Positions 40,570-51,478 of a DNA stretch of 64,000 bases are shown here, piece by piece. Numbering within the stretch: the first letter of the stretch is position 1; every line of letters begins with the position of its first letter. Location of the stretch: positions 1 to 64,000 of IMG/VR virus record IMGVR_UViG_2912874417_000004. One strand, 5' to 3'. The translations under genes and the position numbers were made by a program. The notes below the pieces were generated by a model. The model saw only the letters and a list, made by a program, of their open reading frames with translations. It made no database searches and had not been told where the DNA came from. The stretch comes from a virus (lineage: Duplodnaviria > Caudoviricetes).

Positions 40570-41541
40570 TTATTTAGATAGAAGATCTTTCAGGTCATCC
40601 AAGATTACAGACATGACGTTTACTTGTTTGCGGCTGCATTCAGTCACTTTAACTCCCTTGCCTAAATGCTTCTCTGTAATCTCATTAACCTCTTCCAATC
40701 GTCCCTCTCCATTGAGCTTAATTCCAACTTCTTTGATTTGCTCCATCAAAGAGTCATAATCAAGCTCCTCTGATGCATTGTTTTGTTTTTGCTCTTCATA
40801 TGTAACAGCAACAATACCTTCTGCTTCTTCCTGTCTTTCAACTGCCTCGATAATGGCCTTCTCCAGGTTCTCTGCAGTGAATTCAGGAAGGTATGTGTCA
40901 ATGTAATCGAATCGGCTCCGTGCAAAGTGCTCATCTGTTTCAGCCAACCAAGCGCTTGATTTGATAACCTTTCTGTCTTCATCAACACCATTGGAACTTA
41001 GATAAAGTACAATATCACTGTTATCAATAACAGGGGCCAATACACGTTTATCACCTTTAGGATAAACTTTTCCTTTTTTGTCCTCAGCAGCATGAGCAAT
41101 AAAGATAACGGTGAATCCTACACCAATCAGTTTATTAATTTCTTCCCATACTTCTGTTTCATACTCTTTCCAAAGACCAAACCCATCATTTCCATCTTTA
41201 ATCCGTTCTACATCATATTGCTCACAAACATATCTGGTTGCATATTTAGCAAATGCATCTACTTCATCAACAATAATTGTCTGATACGTTTCTTTTGCCT
41301 TTTCTGCATTTTTGGTTAACTGTTTATTAACCTTCTTAAAATCCGCCCAGCTATTAATAGCCATAAATTTAACGCCTGCGATGGCATTCAAACCTTTTTC
41401 AAATGGCAAGTATAAAGGCTTCTTCATTCGTGTGCTTTGTTTTGTCTTACCCAAGTTGTTAGAACCATAGATAGTAATAACTTTTCCTTCTAAACCTTTT
41501 GCGACTACTGAAACCTGAGGATTGAAAATATCGATTGCCAT
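40570..41541 (-). CDS. yorG: AAA_24/Sak4-like ATPase
   Basis: YGSNNLGKT, IIVDE and FIAH motifs. Confidence 0.82.
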   Translation of the reverse strand: MAIDIFNPQVSVVAKGLEGKVITIYGSNNLGKTKQSTRMKKPLYLPFEKGLNAIAGVKFMAINSWADFKKVNKQLTKNAEKAKETYQTIIVDEVDAFAKYATRYVCEQYDVERIKDGNDGFGLWKEYETEVWEEINKLIGVGFTVIFIAHAAEDKKGKVYPKGDKRVLAPVIDNSDIVLYLSSNGVDEDRKVIKSSAWLAETDEHFARSRFDYIDTYLPEFTAENLEKAIIEAVERQEEAEGIVAVTYEEQKQNNASEELDYDSLMEQIKEVGIKLNGEGRLEEVNEITEKHLGKGVKVTECSRKQVNVMSVILDDLKDLLSK

Positions 41542-41629
41542 TTAAACTCTCCTTTAATTTTGATTTGATGGGTGAGCCAAAGCCCACCCCAGTTATGTAC
41601 CTTTAATTTAATTATTTTATTTTTATCTA

Positions 41630-42544
41630 TTAAAAAGGGAGGTCATCATCTGAAATTTCAACAGGCTTTGAAGGCTTGTTATTAGGAGCGCTTCCGCCAA
41701 ACCCAGACTTTTTATTATTCTCATTGCTGCTTTCATTCTTAAGCCCATCTAGGTAGATCTCTCTTTCAGTCAACGCTTTTTTAATTGCATCTGCATTAAA
41801 AGCATGCTTGCTATCCTCGTCATATGGATCATTGCCACCTGTAACTAGGTACTCTCTTTTCGAATTAGTAGTGATTTCTTTCTTGTCTTCGCCAAATGCT
41901 GCTGTTTTGGTCGTTACTTTTTGCTCTTTAAAGTTAATAATTTTTCCAAAAACGTTAACCGTAGACCCTTTTTCATAATTATTTTCAACGTATTGAGACC
42001 CTTCTTTTGTGACTACAAATTCAAACGGAATTACTTTCCCACCATATAAAGGAATATAACCATTTAAATTAACTCTGCCCGTTTCTTCACCTTTTACTTT
42101 TTCTTCGGTTACATTCTTTACAAACAGCTCAACATCAAATTCTGCTCTTGGATTGAATTCTTCATTGGCGTCCAGTCTATTTACAAAGTTAGTCGTTAAC
42201 TGTGGATACGCCTTTAAAATCCCTTGAGAGTAATATTCATTCAATCCAATCTTTCCTTGGGTAATTCTCACTTTGTCAGCTTCATCTCTCCCATGTTCTG
42301 CAATGGACTTATATTCACTGATAATGGTTTGATAACCTTTTGCAATAGCATTATCTGTGCCATCAGCTTTCTTATACTTTGAAAAGCCCTTTACTGTATG
42401 CACTTCATTTGGTGCAACCTCAATATCTAATTCAATATTTAACCCCTTGCCGCTTTTCCACTCAGTGTGTCTTACCTCAGCAAGTGTCCCCTCAATAGTT
42501 ACAACATTTGATGCTTCACGTAGTACTGTTTTATTTTCTGCCAT
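41630..42544 (-). CDS. yorF: ssDNA-binding-like protein
   Basis: SSB-type acidic tail ISDDDLPF. Confidence 0.78.
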   Translation of the reverse strand: MAENKTVLREASNVVTIEGTLAEVRHTEWKSGKGLNIELDIEVAPNEVHTVKGFSKYKKADGTDNAIAKGYQTIISEYKSIAEHGRDEADKVRITQGKIGLNEYYSQGILKAYPQLTTNFVNRLDANEEFNPRAEFDVELFVKNVTEEKVKGEETGRVNLNGYIPLYGGKVIPFEFVVTKEGSQYVENNYEKGSTVNVFGKIINFKEQKVTTKTAAFGEDKKEITTNSKREYLVTGGNDPYDEDSKHAFNADAIKKALTEREIYLDGLKNESSNENNKKSGFGGSAPNNKPSKPVEISDDDLPF

Positions 42545-42566
42545 TTAAATAATCAACCTCTTCCTT

Positions 42567-42947
42567 TTAATTATTAATTTTATTTTTATTCTTAAAATGC
42601 CTATAATGAGACTTGCTACTAAACTTACAATCCTTGATACCAAGTAGCTTGTTTAATTCTATGTATCTCTTTTTTGGAAAGTCCCAAGGTTCAGGATCAC
42701 CTTTTACATTTTCAATCCTTATTACTGTTCCATGTCGAATTGTGATCTTTAAGTTTCCATATGAGTATGTTTTAGAAAAAAGACCTCTTTTAATTCCTCT
42801 TGGTTTAAATTCCTTTACCAACATCACATTCCTGGTTAACTTTCTTCTTGCTTGGTCTTCGTCAATGTCGTAATTCCTTTTGACATCATTTTTGTAGGTA
42901 TGTAAGGCTTCGGCAGATACTTTCAGTATCTTTAATTCCTTTTTCAT
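42567..42947 (-). CDS. yorE: Basic phage protein, first gene of the replication operon
   Basis: Position after the early promoter; RBS AAGGAGG. Confidence 0.65.
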   Translation of the reverse strand: MKKELKILKVSAEALHTYKNDVKRNYDIDEDQARRKLTRNVMLVKEFKPRGIKRGLFSKTYSYGNLKITIRHGTVIRIENVKGDPEPWDFPKKRYIELNKLLGIKDCKFSSKSHYRHFKNKNKINN

Positions 42948-42980
42948 CTCTTTCCTCCTTTCTCTCTTTGGGATAACTTA

Positions 42981-43032
42981 ATCTTACATCACCAAAACGG
43001 ATTGGTCAATAACTATTTTATTTTTATTCTAA
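42981..43032 (-). promoter_or_regulatory. SigA-type promoter of the replication operon with SPbeta repeated element
   Basis: TTAGAATAAAAATAAAATAGTTA-TTGACC-17 bp-TAAGAT. Confidence 0.8.
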
Positions 43033-43476
43033 TAAATAATAAACAGTTCTCTCTTGTAAGAGTGTCTTTATCAATTGCGGTACAGGCTGCCTCTGAATAT
43101 TGATCTTCTTATTTTCCGCCCCCAATAACGCGTGTAATTTTATAAAATGATATTGAGAGTTAAGAAGCACCTTTGCTTAGGCGCTTCTGTATAACAAACT
43201 ATCCTATACCTGAAATTCAGCTACGTACCTCTTATCTGATCCTTCATTACCGTAATCAGAAACTTTTGCAAAGTCCGTTGTAAAAATTTCATCTGGGTAC
43301 TCACGGATCATTTTTCTACACAGGTTAGACAGAGCTTCTTGCTTCGTTCTGCCATATTCATACAACAACACATTAAACACCTCCTTAACATTATTATGAG
43401 ATATCCTTTGACTGCTAATCCTTAATTGTACCCACTTTACGACATAACAAATCAAAACAAGTGAAAATTCATAAAA

Positions 43477-43854
43477 TTAAACAACTTCACTCCATGACCA
43501 CATGTTCATTGTTTGTAGCGTAAAACCGTCAGGAAGCTTTTTCATTTTTATATTCACATTATATCTCTTCCCAGTGGTCTTATGAATTACAGCAAGTTCT
43601 TCACCATCATAGAACCGCACAATTGCTTCATTAAATTCAATTGGCTGATCAACCACGTAACCTTCTTTGAGCGCTTTGATATACAGATAAGGATCTGTTT
43701 TATAAAGCTCATATAGTCTATTACCAAAGTCTTCGTGTTTATCTCTAAGCAGATTAAAATTAATCAGGGATATGTACAGTTTTTCAGATATGTTCAGCTT
43801 GTTCTTGAAATACCGGATTGCTTCATCTTGTTCTTTGCTTAAAATGTTGATCAT
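43477..43854 (-). CDS. yorC: YorC-like protein
   Basis: 125 aa, SPbeta position, recalled similarity. Confidence 0.6.
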   Translation of the reverse strand: MINILSKEQDEAIRYFKNKLNISEKLYISLINFNLLRDKHEDFGNRLYELYKTDPYLYIKALKEGYVVDQPIEFNEAIVRFYDGEELAVIHKTTGKRYNVNIKMKKLPDGFTLQTMNMWSWSEVV

Positions 43855-43911
43855 TTAATCAAGCTCCTTTAAGTATAATGTTTAAGTGTTTTTATATGGG
43901 GGAATACGTGA

Positions 43912-44163
43912 ATGGAGGTGGTTCATTTGGAAAATAATCAGAAAATAACGCTAAACTCTTCTTTCGCGTTATCCACTCTTATTGTCTTACTTATTGCATT
44001 GTTCCCGGCCTATTCCTTTTGGTTTGTCACGATATTCTTTTTAGGATTTGCACTAATATACACATTTCAAAAAAATAAGAGTAAATCCTCAAAATTAATT
44101 GCCATTATCTCTTATCCATTGTTTGTTGTAGCATTAGTTTACAGCATAATAAACAGCATATAA
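43912..44163 (+). CDS. Small 3-TM membrane protein, candidate immunity protein
   Basis: Hydrophobic; convergent with a secreted protein; TATAAT upstream. Confidence 0.6.
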   Translation: MEVVHLENNQKITLNSSFALSTLIVLLIALFPAYSFWFVTIFFLGFALIYTFQKNKSKSSKLIAIISYPLFVVALVYSIINSI

Positions 44164-44164
44164 G

Positions 44165-44194
44165 AATCCTCCCTTAGGTGGGAGGATCATTTTT
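44165..44194. terminator. Terminator hairpin between convergent genes
   Basis: ATCCTCCC-ttaggt-GGGAGGAT followed by a T run. Confidence 0.7.
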
Positions 44195-44718
44195 TACATC
44201 ACAGCAACTTTTGGGCCGCCTTTGTCCGTTATGATAAAGCTGTCACTTCCGATTTTTTTCTTTCGATCCTTATCTTCATAAATCGTTACATGGTGCTTGG
44301 TCATTAGAGTTGCCCCTGCCATCTTAAATTCCTGCTTATCCTTAAAGTAAACAATTTTATATTCGCCTAGAATAATCATGTTAGCTAGTCCAGCTAAATA
44401 AGAAGACCATCCCCCTGTAGGCAAATTTAATGCAAATCCTAATGTTTGAACGACAGCAGCAGTTGAATACTTGTCAAACTTGGTATCGCCGTATGTAGTT
44501 CCGGCATCTTGCCAATCATCCGCAGTTGTCGAAAAACCTGGGCTCTTAATATTTGAGGCGGTCTTAAGTACATTGATTGGTTGGTGGTAATTATTGCTTT
44601 CAGTATCTTTCCTACTTTGATTTAGCTCTTTTGCATTTACTCCTGCCCCAAAATCACAAAGCAAACCACTTACGAGTAAAGTTCCAACAACTCCAATTTT
44701 ACCAATGTTGTTTTTCAC
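44194..44718 (-). CDS. Secreted protein of unknown function
   Basis: Signal peptide ending in VNA, an internal hydrophobic Gly/Ala-rich hairpin, RBS GAGGAGG. Confidence 0.65.
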   Translation of the reverse strand: MKNNIGKIGVVGTLLVSGLLCDFGAGVNAKELNQSRKDTESNNYHQPINVLKTASNIKSPGFSTTADDWQDAGTTYGDTKFDKYSTAAVVQTLGFALNLPTGGWSSYLAGLANMIILGEYKIVYFKDKQEFKMAGATLMTKHHVTIYEDKDRKKKIGSDSFIITDKGGPKVAVM

Positions 44719-44830
44719 ACCTAATTCCTCCTCTGAGTGTTTTAATAATATTACACTCAGACATTACCCCAAAAATATCCATATAAATCACTTTCTATTT
44801 AATTTGTTTTCTTTTAAACTACAGTTTTAT

Positions 44831-46573
44831 TTAGACCACAATATCTCCTTCTGCAGTCTTCAGAGTTCCACTATCATATGTGTTATGAATTAAGGTTGTA
44901 TTCTTTGCTTTATCTGTGCAATACGGGTGAGATAATAACTTACCTCCAATTCCACGCGTATCGTTTCTGACGAGCCGTACCTTGTTTGTATTCTCTAAAT
45001 AAACACCATATCCTTGATCTGTTGAACGATTAAACATGATCTCATTATTGTTTAACATGTGTTCTGAACCACCTGTCAGGTGGATAGCAATCAATGACTT
45101 ACAGAAATAAATCTGATTCTTACTGATCTGACAGCTGTATTTCTCGGATGTACCTTTGATTGCAACATTTCTTGGATTATGAATTTCATTTCCGTTGAAG
45201 TACACTTCAGAATCCTTATCCCAAAAGATGCCGTATCCACTTCCGCTTAAGAATAAGTCATTCAACTTTAAACGAACTGATTGAGACCTCTCACAGTAAA
45301 CTCCCCCGTGCACATTTGCAAATTCATTAATAGCAAAACTTACACGGTTAGAATCCATGATTTTAATGGCATAAGCAGATGTTGTATTTCCCCCTTTATT
45401 ATTTGTAACTCTCACATCTTTTGAGTTTCGCACTTGAACTTGTATACAATCGCTGTTTTCAATATGATTATTCGAAATAAAAACATCTTCTGCTTCATGT
45501 GTTGCAATCGGACAAGCCGTTATGTTTTCAAGTATATTGTCCATTACATCAATCCCTTTACCTCTTACACAAATGCCTATTTCAAACCCTCTTACAGTGT
45601 TACCACTGATTTGTACTCTATTTCCTGACTCCGTGCTTGAAACACCCACCGAGTCAATTCCATATTTCTTGGATTTTCCCTTATTAATAATCTTGTTGTC
45701 CTTAACACTGACATCCGTGCTATATCCATAGGAAATAACATGGTCACTGTAGTTTCCTTCAATAATTACCTTGCCGCTTGTGTGCGCTGTAACGGATCCA
45801 CGTCCATTGTTTTTAAACCTGCAGTTTCGCACAGTTAATTTATACGGGTGATCGTATTTAATTCCGTTTTCTCCAAAACCCTCTAAATCAATTCCTAATT
45901 GTGGCCCAATTGTATCTCCTCCAGCTTCTTCTATATCACAGTCATCGACAAGAAGACCTTCACAACCATTGGTAGCCAGATTATTTCTTCTTCCTCTTAA
46001 AAGCGTACACTTTCGAACGGTTACATTCTTTGAGGGCGTATATGTTCCTGAAGTGTTCATCATTCCATCAGCCGCTATCCAAATGTTGTCTCCAATACAG
46101 TCAGAAACTTGTACATTTTCAATTAGCACATTGCTACCTCCATTAACATGGATACCAAAGCCCCATTCATGCGTCTTCTTAATTGAGGTAATTTTTGAAT
46201 AATCATGCTCATGTCGATCCCCAATAATTTGACCGCCACGAATCGTAACATTACTTGCTTGGCCGATATAAAAACAGGAGTAACCCTGATAATCATTTGG
46301 CTGCACTTTAAATATAGCCTCTGGATGAAGTATTAGCTCAATATTCGAAGGAACATTGATACCTCCACCGAATTCAGGTAACCGCTTTGTTGTATTCACA
46401 GCATCGATCAAATAGATACCTTTTGGAATATGTACTTTATAAAATGATTTTGAGCTTGCGTATTCTAAAGCTCGGTTTAATCCTTCTGTTGTTTCAATTG
46501 CATTTGACCCTTTATCATCAATTCCCCAATCCAGAGCATCAACAAAATAGTATAAGGGCTGTTGCATGTTCAT
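44831..46573 (-). CDS. yorA: Right-handed parallel beta-helix (pectin-lyase-like) protein
   Basis: IPKGIYLI and repeated NVTIRGGQI/NVLIENVQV PbH1-type strands. Confidence 0.85.
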   Translation of the reverse strand: MNMQQPLYYFVDALDWGIDDKGSNAIETTEGLNRALEYASSKSFYKVHIPKGIYLIDAVNTTKRLPEFGGGINVPSNIELILHPEAIFKVQPNDYQGYSCFYIGQASNVTIRGGQIIGDRHEHDYSKITSIKKTHEWGFGIHVNGGSNVLIENVQVSDCIGDNIWIAADGMMNTSGTYTPSKNVTVRKCTLLRGRRNNLATNGCEGLLVDDCDIEEAGGDTIGPQLGIDLEGFGENGIKYDHPYKLTVRNCRFKNNGRGSVTAHTSGKVIIEGNYSDHVISYGYSTDVSVKDNKIINKGKSKKYGIDSVGVSSTESGNRVQISGNTVRGFEIGICVRGKGIDVMDNILENITACPIATHEAEDVFISNNHIENSDCIQVQVRNSKDVRVTNNKGGNTTSAYAIKIMDSNRVSFAINEFANVHGGVYCERSQSVRLKLNDLFLSGSGYGIFWDKDSEVYFNGNEIHNPRNVAIKGTSEKYSCQISKNQIYFCKSLIAIHLTGGSEHMLNNNEIMFNRSTDQGYGVYLENTNKVRLVRNDTRGIGGKLLSHPYCTDKAKNTTLIHNTYDSGTLKTAEGDIVV

Positions 46574-47394
46574 GTTGTCAAACCCTTCCCTTCTACATTT
46601 TCATTGAGAAACCCTGATAGAGTGTCAATGAAGTTATAAAAGGTCTCATTTCTTGTACCAGAGCGTCCTTTCAGAGAAAAGGTGTTGAACATTGATTTGC
46701 GTAGTCCAGTGCTCAATTCCAGTTGAATGCTCTTTCCTGTTTTATTTTTATTGGCAACATTATTTGGACTGCTACCGGATAGCCTCGTACCCTCATCAAG
46801 AAGCTCTGCAGAATAGCCGGCATTATTTAATGTGCTTGTTATCGCTTCAGCTTTGTCCCGGTCTGTGCCGCCAACTAAAACATGTTGATCATTACTTGCA
46901 TAACCGTGAAGTGACAATGTGAACTCATGCCCCTTCAACATTTCAAGCGCTTGTGGTTCATCAAAATTCGTACTGGTTAAATGCAAATCAAAGGCTCCTG
47001 GTGTCTTTAAAGCTTCAAAAAGATATGTAGAGTATGTTTCGCTTAATTCCTTTGTAAGCTCGCTTGTTCCCCCTTCTATACCACCTCCATGGGGAGCAAG
47101 AATTAATACATCAGTGTCCTGCTCTTTTGAAAATATGCTAAAATTGAACGGTGATTCATTCGCTTTAAGCTCTTCAAAGTTCCGATACTTGTCCGCTGCT
47201 AAAATACTCACTGGATTCAAGGATGAAACCAAAGCTGTCACCAAAATTGGAAAAGTCTTCTTAACTGTGCTATACTTTAATAGCTTCGTAGTGATACGAT
47301 GCCTGCAGAGGAGGTGTGACCCGCCAAAGTTGCCCTTCTCTGCTCCTTTAATCTTTTTTAACAAATCCTCTATTCTGTTTTTAATCCTTAACAA
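46570..47394 (-). CDS. pghZ: Poly-gamma-glutamate hydrolase
   Basis: APHGGGIEGGTSE, LHLTSTNFDEP, LSLHG and IQLELS motifs (YoqZ family). Confidence 0.88.
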   Translation of the reverse strand: MLRIKNRIEDLLKKIKGAEKGNFGGSHLLCRHRITTKLLKYSTVKKTFPILVTALVSSLNPVSILAADKYRNFEELKANESPFNFSIFSKEQDTDVLILAPHGGGIEGGTSELTKELSETYSTYLFEALKTPGAFDLHLTSTNFDEPQALEMLKGHEFTLSLHGYASNDQHVLVGGTDRDKAEAITSTLNNAGYSAELLDEGTRLSGSSPNNVANKNKTGKSIQLELSTGLRKSMFNTFSLKGRSGTRNETFYNFIDTLSGFLNENVEGKGLTT

Positions 47395-47567
47395 TTAATA
47401 ACCACTCCTTTTTATTTTTGTTTTATTCTTAAAACTCAAATCACATAGGTAACTCACATTGTTATCACCCCCTTATAATCAACTTCATCTTTTTCAATTA
47501 CTTTTTCACATTCGCTGCAAAAGCAAGTAAACATTTTCACTCATCCTCTTTCTGTAAAATATCGTTT

Positions 47568-48008
47568 TTATTTAGACTCTATAAGCTCAGGATCTTCATA
47601 AATGTTGCCGATGACTTCTAAATCGACATTTGCTACAAATACAGTCATCATACCTTTATTGATTCGCTTGAATCTAAAACCTGGTACCTCTTTTGTCCAA
47701 TAAACTCCATCTGATGAATAATCAGCTACCTCTTCCTGCCAAAAAACTTCTAATAACTCATTTGAATATCTACGATGATTCCTTACAACGTCCCCCTCGT
47801 AAATCTCACGACCGTTTTTGTCCTTCAATCCGGTGTATTGCCCAACTGTTTCCGGCCTGACACTGTAAGCAAATGGAATACCAGCTTTATTAGAGATATA
47901 AGAACCAGATTCAATACCCATGCTCTTGATTCTTTGCTTAATGATTGATAAATTGCCGTAATACCATTCTCCGTTGATGCCCATTCCTCGAAACTTAATT
48001 TCCCTCAT
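47568..48008 (-). CDS. YopX-family protein
   Basis: MREIKFRG...GQYTGLKDKNGREIYEGD...EVIGNIYEDPEL. Confidence 0.88.
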   Translation of the reverse strand: MREIKFRGMGINGEWYYGNLSIIKQRIKSMGIESGSYISNKAGIPFAYSVRPETVGQYTGLKDKNGREIYEGDVVRNHRRYSNELLEVFWQEEVADYSSDGVYWTKEVPGFRFKRINKGMMTVFVANVDLEVIGNIYEDPELIESK

Positions 48009-48533
48009 TCTCCTTACCTCCCGTCCATTGGTCTAACATTTTCAAAATCCTCTATTTCATCAACATATTCAACGTATTCTATTTCGATATTTCCCGCGGC
48101 ATCTTCATGCACCCATACTTCCATTTCGGCTACCGCTTTCACTTTCGCTTTGTATCTCATTATCATTACCTCCATATTCAATTTACTTTTATCCTTATAA
48201 AATCTCTGTTTTATCTTCATCGAAGTTATCTCCCCTCACTAACCACCATACACTTATTTTATTTTTATCAAATAAATCAATTATGTAAGACTCGTACATG
48301 TCATCCCAATAAGGATCAGTTCTCGCTATGTATTTCTTTACTCTTCCGTTCTCCTCAATCTTGAAGGTTTGCCCCTTTTGAATATCAGTAAACTTTTTCT
48401 TTCTCCAGATTCCTCTAATCAACACATCTACTTCTTTTACCTCAACTTTTTGCCGCTGCATAACATTCCTCCTTTTTGATTTTCGTGTATCAAGCCTGTA
48501 CAATATTCAAAAAACCCTAAAGGATGATGAAAC

Positions 48534-49208
48534 ATGTGTGGCAGGTTCACTTTATTTTCTGAGTTTGACGACATCATCGAACAGTTCAATATAGATCAAT
48601 TTTTGTCTGAAGATGAATACTATCCAAGTTATAACGTTGCTCCTTCACAAAACATCCTTACAATCATCAACGACGGATCAAACAACCGTATGGGTAAGCT
48701 AAGATGGGGTCTTATTCCTCCCTGGTCTAAGGATGAAAAGATCGGCTATAAAATGATCAATGCTCGAGCTGAAACATTGGCCGAGAAACCTAGCTTCAGA
48801 AAACCGCTTGTAAGCAAACGCTGCATTATCCCAGCGGACAGTTTTTATGAATGGAAACGTCTCGATCCGAAGACTAAGATTCCTATGCGGATTAAGCTCA
48901 AATCCTCCAATCTCTTTGCATTTGCCGGCTTATATGAAAAGTGGAATACACCTAAAGGTAATCCGTTGTACACCTGTACAATCATCACGACAAAACCCAA
49001 TGAGCTTATGGAAGACATTCATGATCGGATGCCAGTGATCCTTACTGATGAGAACAAAAAGGAATGGCTTAACCCCAAAAACACCGACCCTGATTATCTT
49101 CAAAGCTTACTGCTACCGTATGACTCTGATGACATGGAAGCATATCAGGTTTCATCTTTAGTTAACTCACCTAAAAACAACTCACCGGAGCTCATTGAAT
49201 CCCATTAA
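48534..49208 (+). CDS. yoqW: SRAP/HMCES abasic-site processing protein
   Basis: N-terminal MCGRF, INARAET, FYEW and IHDRMPVIL motifs. Confidence 0.93.
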   Translation: MCGRFTLFSEFDDIIEQFNIDQFLSEDEYYPSYNVAPSQNILTIINDGSNNRMGKLRWGLIPPWSKDEKIGYKMINARAETLAEKPSFRKPLVSKRCIIPADSFYEWKRLDPKTKIPMRIKLKSSNLFAFAGLYEKWNTPKGNPLYTCTIITTKPNELMEDIHDRMPVILTDENKKEWLNPKNTDPDYLQSLLLPYDSDDMEAYQVSSLVNSPKNNSPELIESH

Positions 49209-49277
49209 GTACCACAGTCATTTTGCTTTATATATCACCTTCGCTTAGCTATTATGTTCTAAGTAGGAGGTGATATT

Positions 49278-50090
49278 TTGTTTGTATCGCCAATGTTATT
49301 ACATTCAATCAAAGAACCATTTGATGATGATAGTTATATTACTGAGCTGAAATTTGATGGAATTAGACTGATCCTCTCCAAGTTTAATGATCAGATAAAG
49401 CTTTATACTCGTCACAATAATGAGGTAACAAGCAAGTTCCCAGAACTGTTGGATCTTGATATACCCAATGGAACTGTTTTAGACGGTGAAATCATTGCAG
49501 CTGCCCCAGGTGGTGCTCCTGATTTTGAAGCTGTAATGGAACGCTTTATGTCTAAGAAATCAGCTCATAAGGTGGTTTATTGTGTATTCGATGTAATCTA
49601 TATTGACGGGTATTCAATCGCTAATAAGCCGCTCACTGAACGTAAGAGTATGCTTTCAGACCTAAACCTTGACCACGATAATGTCTTTGTGATCGAAGGC
49701 CTGCAAGGAAACGGATTAGCTTATTTTAATCTGGCCAAAGAAAAGAATCTTGAAGGAATCGTACTAAAGAAAGCTAACTCCCCTTATGAAATCAATAAAC
49801 GTTCCCATAGCTGGCTGAAAGTGATTAATTATGATTACACAGATGTGCTTATCACTGGCTACACCAAAGAGGATATAAAGTTTCTTCTGTCTTATCCTGA
49901 TGGCACTGCAGCTGGATTTATGGAATTCATGCCGAATGCGGAACGAAGCGAGTTCCACTCTATAAAACAAGTAAAGTCTGAATCTGATGAATATGTATTT
50001 GTAGAACCGATCTTATGTAAGGTTAAGCACAGATTTAAGACTAAGCATGGTAAACTCCGCATACCTTCCTTTGAATCCTGGAGAGTCTAA
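49278..50090 (+). CDS. ligB: ATP-dependent DNA ligase
   Basis: ELKFDGIR, LDGE, VFDV, EGIVLK and WLKV motifs. Confidence 0.92.
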   Translation: MFVSPMLLHSIKEPFDDDSYITELKFDGIRLILSKFNDQIKLYTRHNNEVTSKFPELLDLDIPNGTVLDGEIIAAAPGGAPDFEAVMERFMSKKSAHKVVYCVFDVIYIDGYSIANKPLTERKSMLSDLNLDHDNVFVIEGLQGNGLAYFNLAKEKNLEGIVLKKANSPYEINKRSHSWLKVINYDYTDVLITGYTKEDIKFLLSYPDGTAAGFMEFMPNAERSEFHSIKQVKSESDEYVFVEPILCKVKHRFKTKHGKLRIPSFESWRV

Positions 50091-50465
50091 TCTCTCCGTT
50101 ACATAATTCCTTAGTGACTCGCCATTACACACCAAATGAAAATTTAGTACATGGATCAATTAGATAATTTATCGTTAAAATAACTATTTTATTTTTATTC
50201 ATAAATAATCACCAAATGTCATAGCCTACAAAATCATTCAAAAAAATTCGTCATTCCCTCATCCTCTTCTACTGTCAATCCATATTCATCAAGCCTGCTT
50301 AAATAATCTTCTCGTTCTTGTTTGATCATTTTTTCACCTCTTTTTTATTTTTTTCAATTCTTTTTTGATTTTCATATTGCTTTTCACTCTTTTATTAATA
50401 GATGCGTGTCATACACATGCCATCTAAGAGAGATAGGACATTTTTGTCTCGGGAGGTGAAATGCA

Positions 50466-50618
50466 ATGAAAATTCTTATGGATCTCTTCACAACTTGGAT
50501 TTTTGATAAAGTCATGGATTATTCACTAGGTGCTATAATTTGGTTTGTATTCAAGTCCAAGTCAAAGCAGAATGAGTATCCCGAAGACTTTGAGGAAAAG
50601 CGTCGATTCAGACTTTAA
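50466..50618 (+). CDS. 50-aa single-TM protein (YoqT position)
   Basis: Not in the track: MKILMDLFTTWIFDKVMDYSLGAIIWFVFKSKSKQNEYPEDFEEKRRFRL; RBS GGAGGTG. Confidence 0.6.
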   Translation: MKILMDLFTTWIFDKVMDYSLGAIIWFVFKSKSKQNEYPEDFEEKRRFRL

Positions 50619-51118
50619 ATTAACTGACTCGTATTCTGATCGCTATCGCCGAGTGTAATGACTTCCGTAAATGCCACCTGCTCGACCGGCTTGATAACGG
50701 CTTGCGCGATGCGATCGCCTTTTCGGATGATGTACGAACCTTTCGCAAAATGATCCCAAGCTCCGAGGTAATCGAGAGCACTGACGATTTTATCTCTGAT
50801 ATCGAAAAGAAAGTCCTTTTCAATATCTGTATAACGATTTATATTGTCGACGATTACTCCGACCTCTCCTCGATAGCCCGAATCAACTGTTCCGAGTTGC
50901 ACACGCAGTCTAGTATTCAGCGTAATGCCTGATCGCGGACGGATTTGCATTTCGTATCCCTCCGGAATCTCGAACGCCAAACCCGTCGGCACAAGCTCTG
51001 CCCAGCCCGGTTCGATAATAACGTCCTCTGACGCCACTAAATCGAAGCCGGCGTCCGTTGCGTGCGCATAAGCCGGAATCTGTGCGTCCGGTGATAACCG
51101 TTTAATATTTACGTTCAT
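50615..51118 (-). pseudogene. dut: Trimeric dUTPase lacking C-terminal motif V
   Basis: AGFDL, RPRSG, GTVDSGYRGE and GDRIAQ are present. The protein ends GDSDQNTSQLI instead of RGxxGFGSSG. Confidence 0.8.
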
Positions 51119-51478
51119 TTCGTTTCCTCCTAATAACTGATTAAAAATTATCTTTTATCTAGACTTGTTCAGCTCTCTCTATCATCTCTACAAGCTCTTG
51201 TGCCTTGTTTAATTTTCTGCTGTAGTCTTCAACTTCTTTCTTCGCGATTGCCATTTTATCAAATAAAACGCGCCAGTTTCCATTAGGATTTCTGCTGAAT
51301 GATTTAACAATTAGGCCATTAAACCAGACGTCTAAAATTAGTCTGCTCTCACTTGTTTCAGGTTTATGACCAAAGGCAGCATCTTTATTATTACCGGCAT
51401 AAACAATTTGTTTATTTATTTCATATAGATAATTTTCAGTTTCTTTTGTAACTACATATGTATTCATTTTCCCACCCC

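Noticed and set aside
41542-41557. TTAAA-CTCTCC-TTTAA (and a similar sequence near 60839) as dyad sites in core operons
   Set aside because: They have two or more mismatches to the consensus and the spacer is simply the RBS. Not counted, but worth including in a formal scan.
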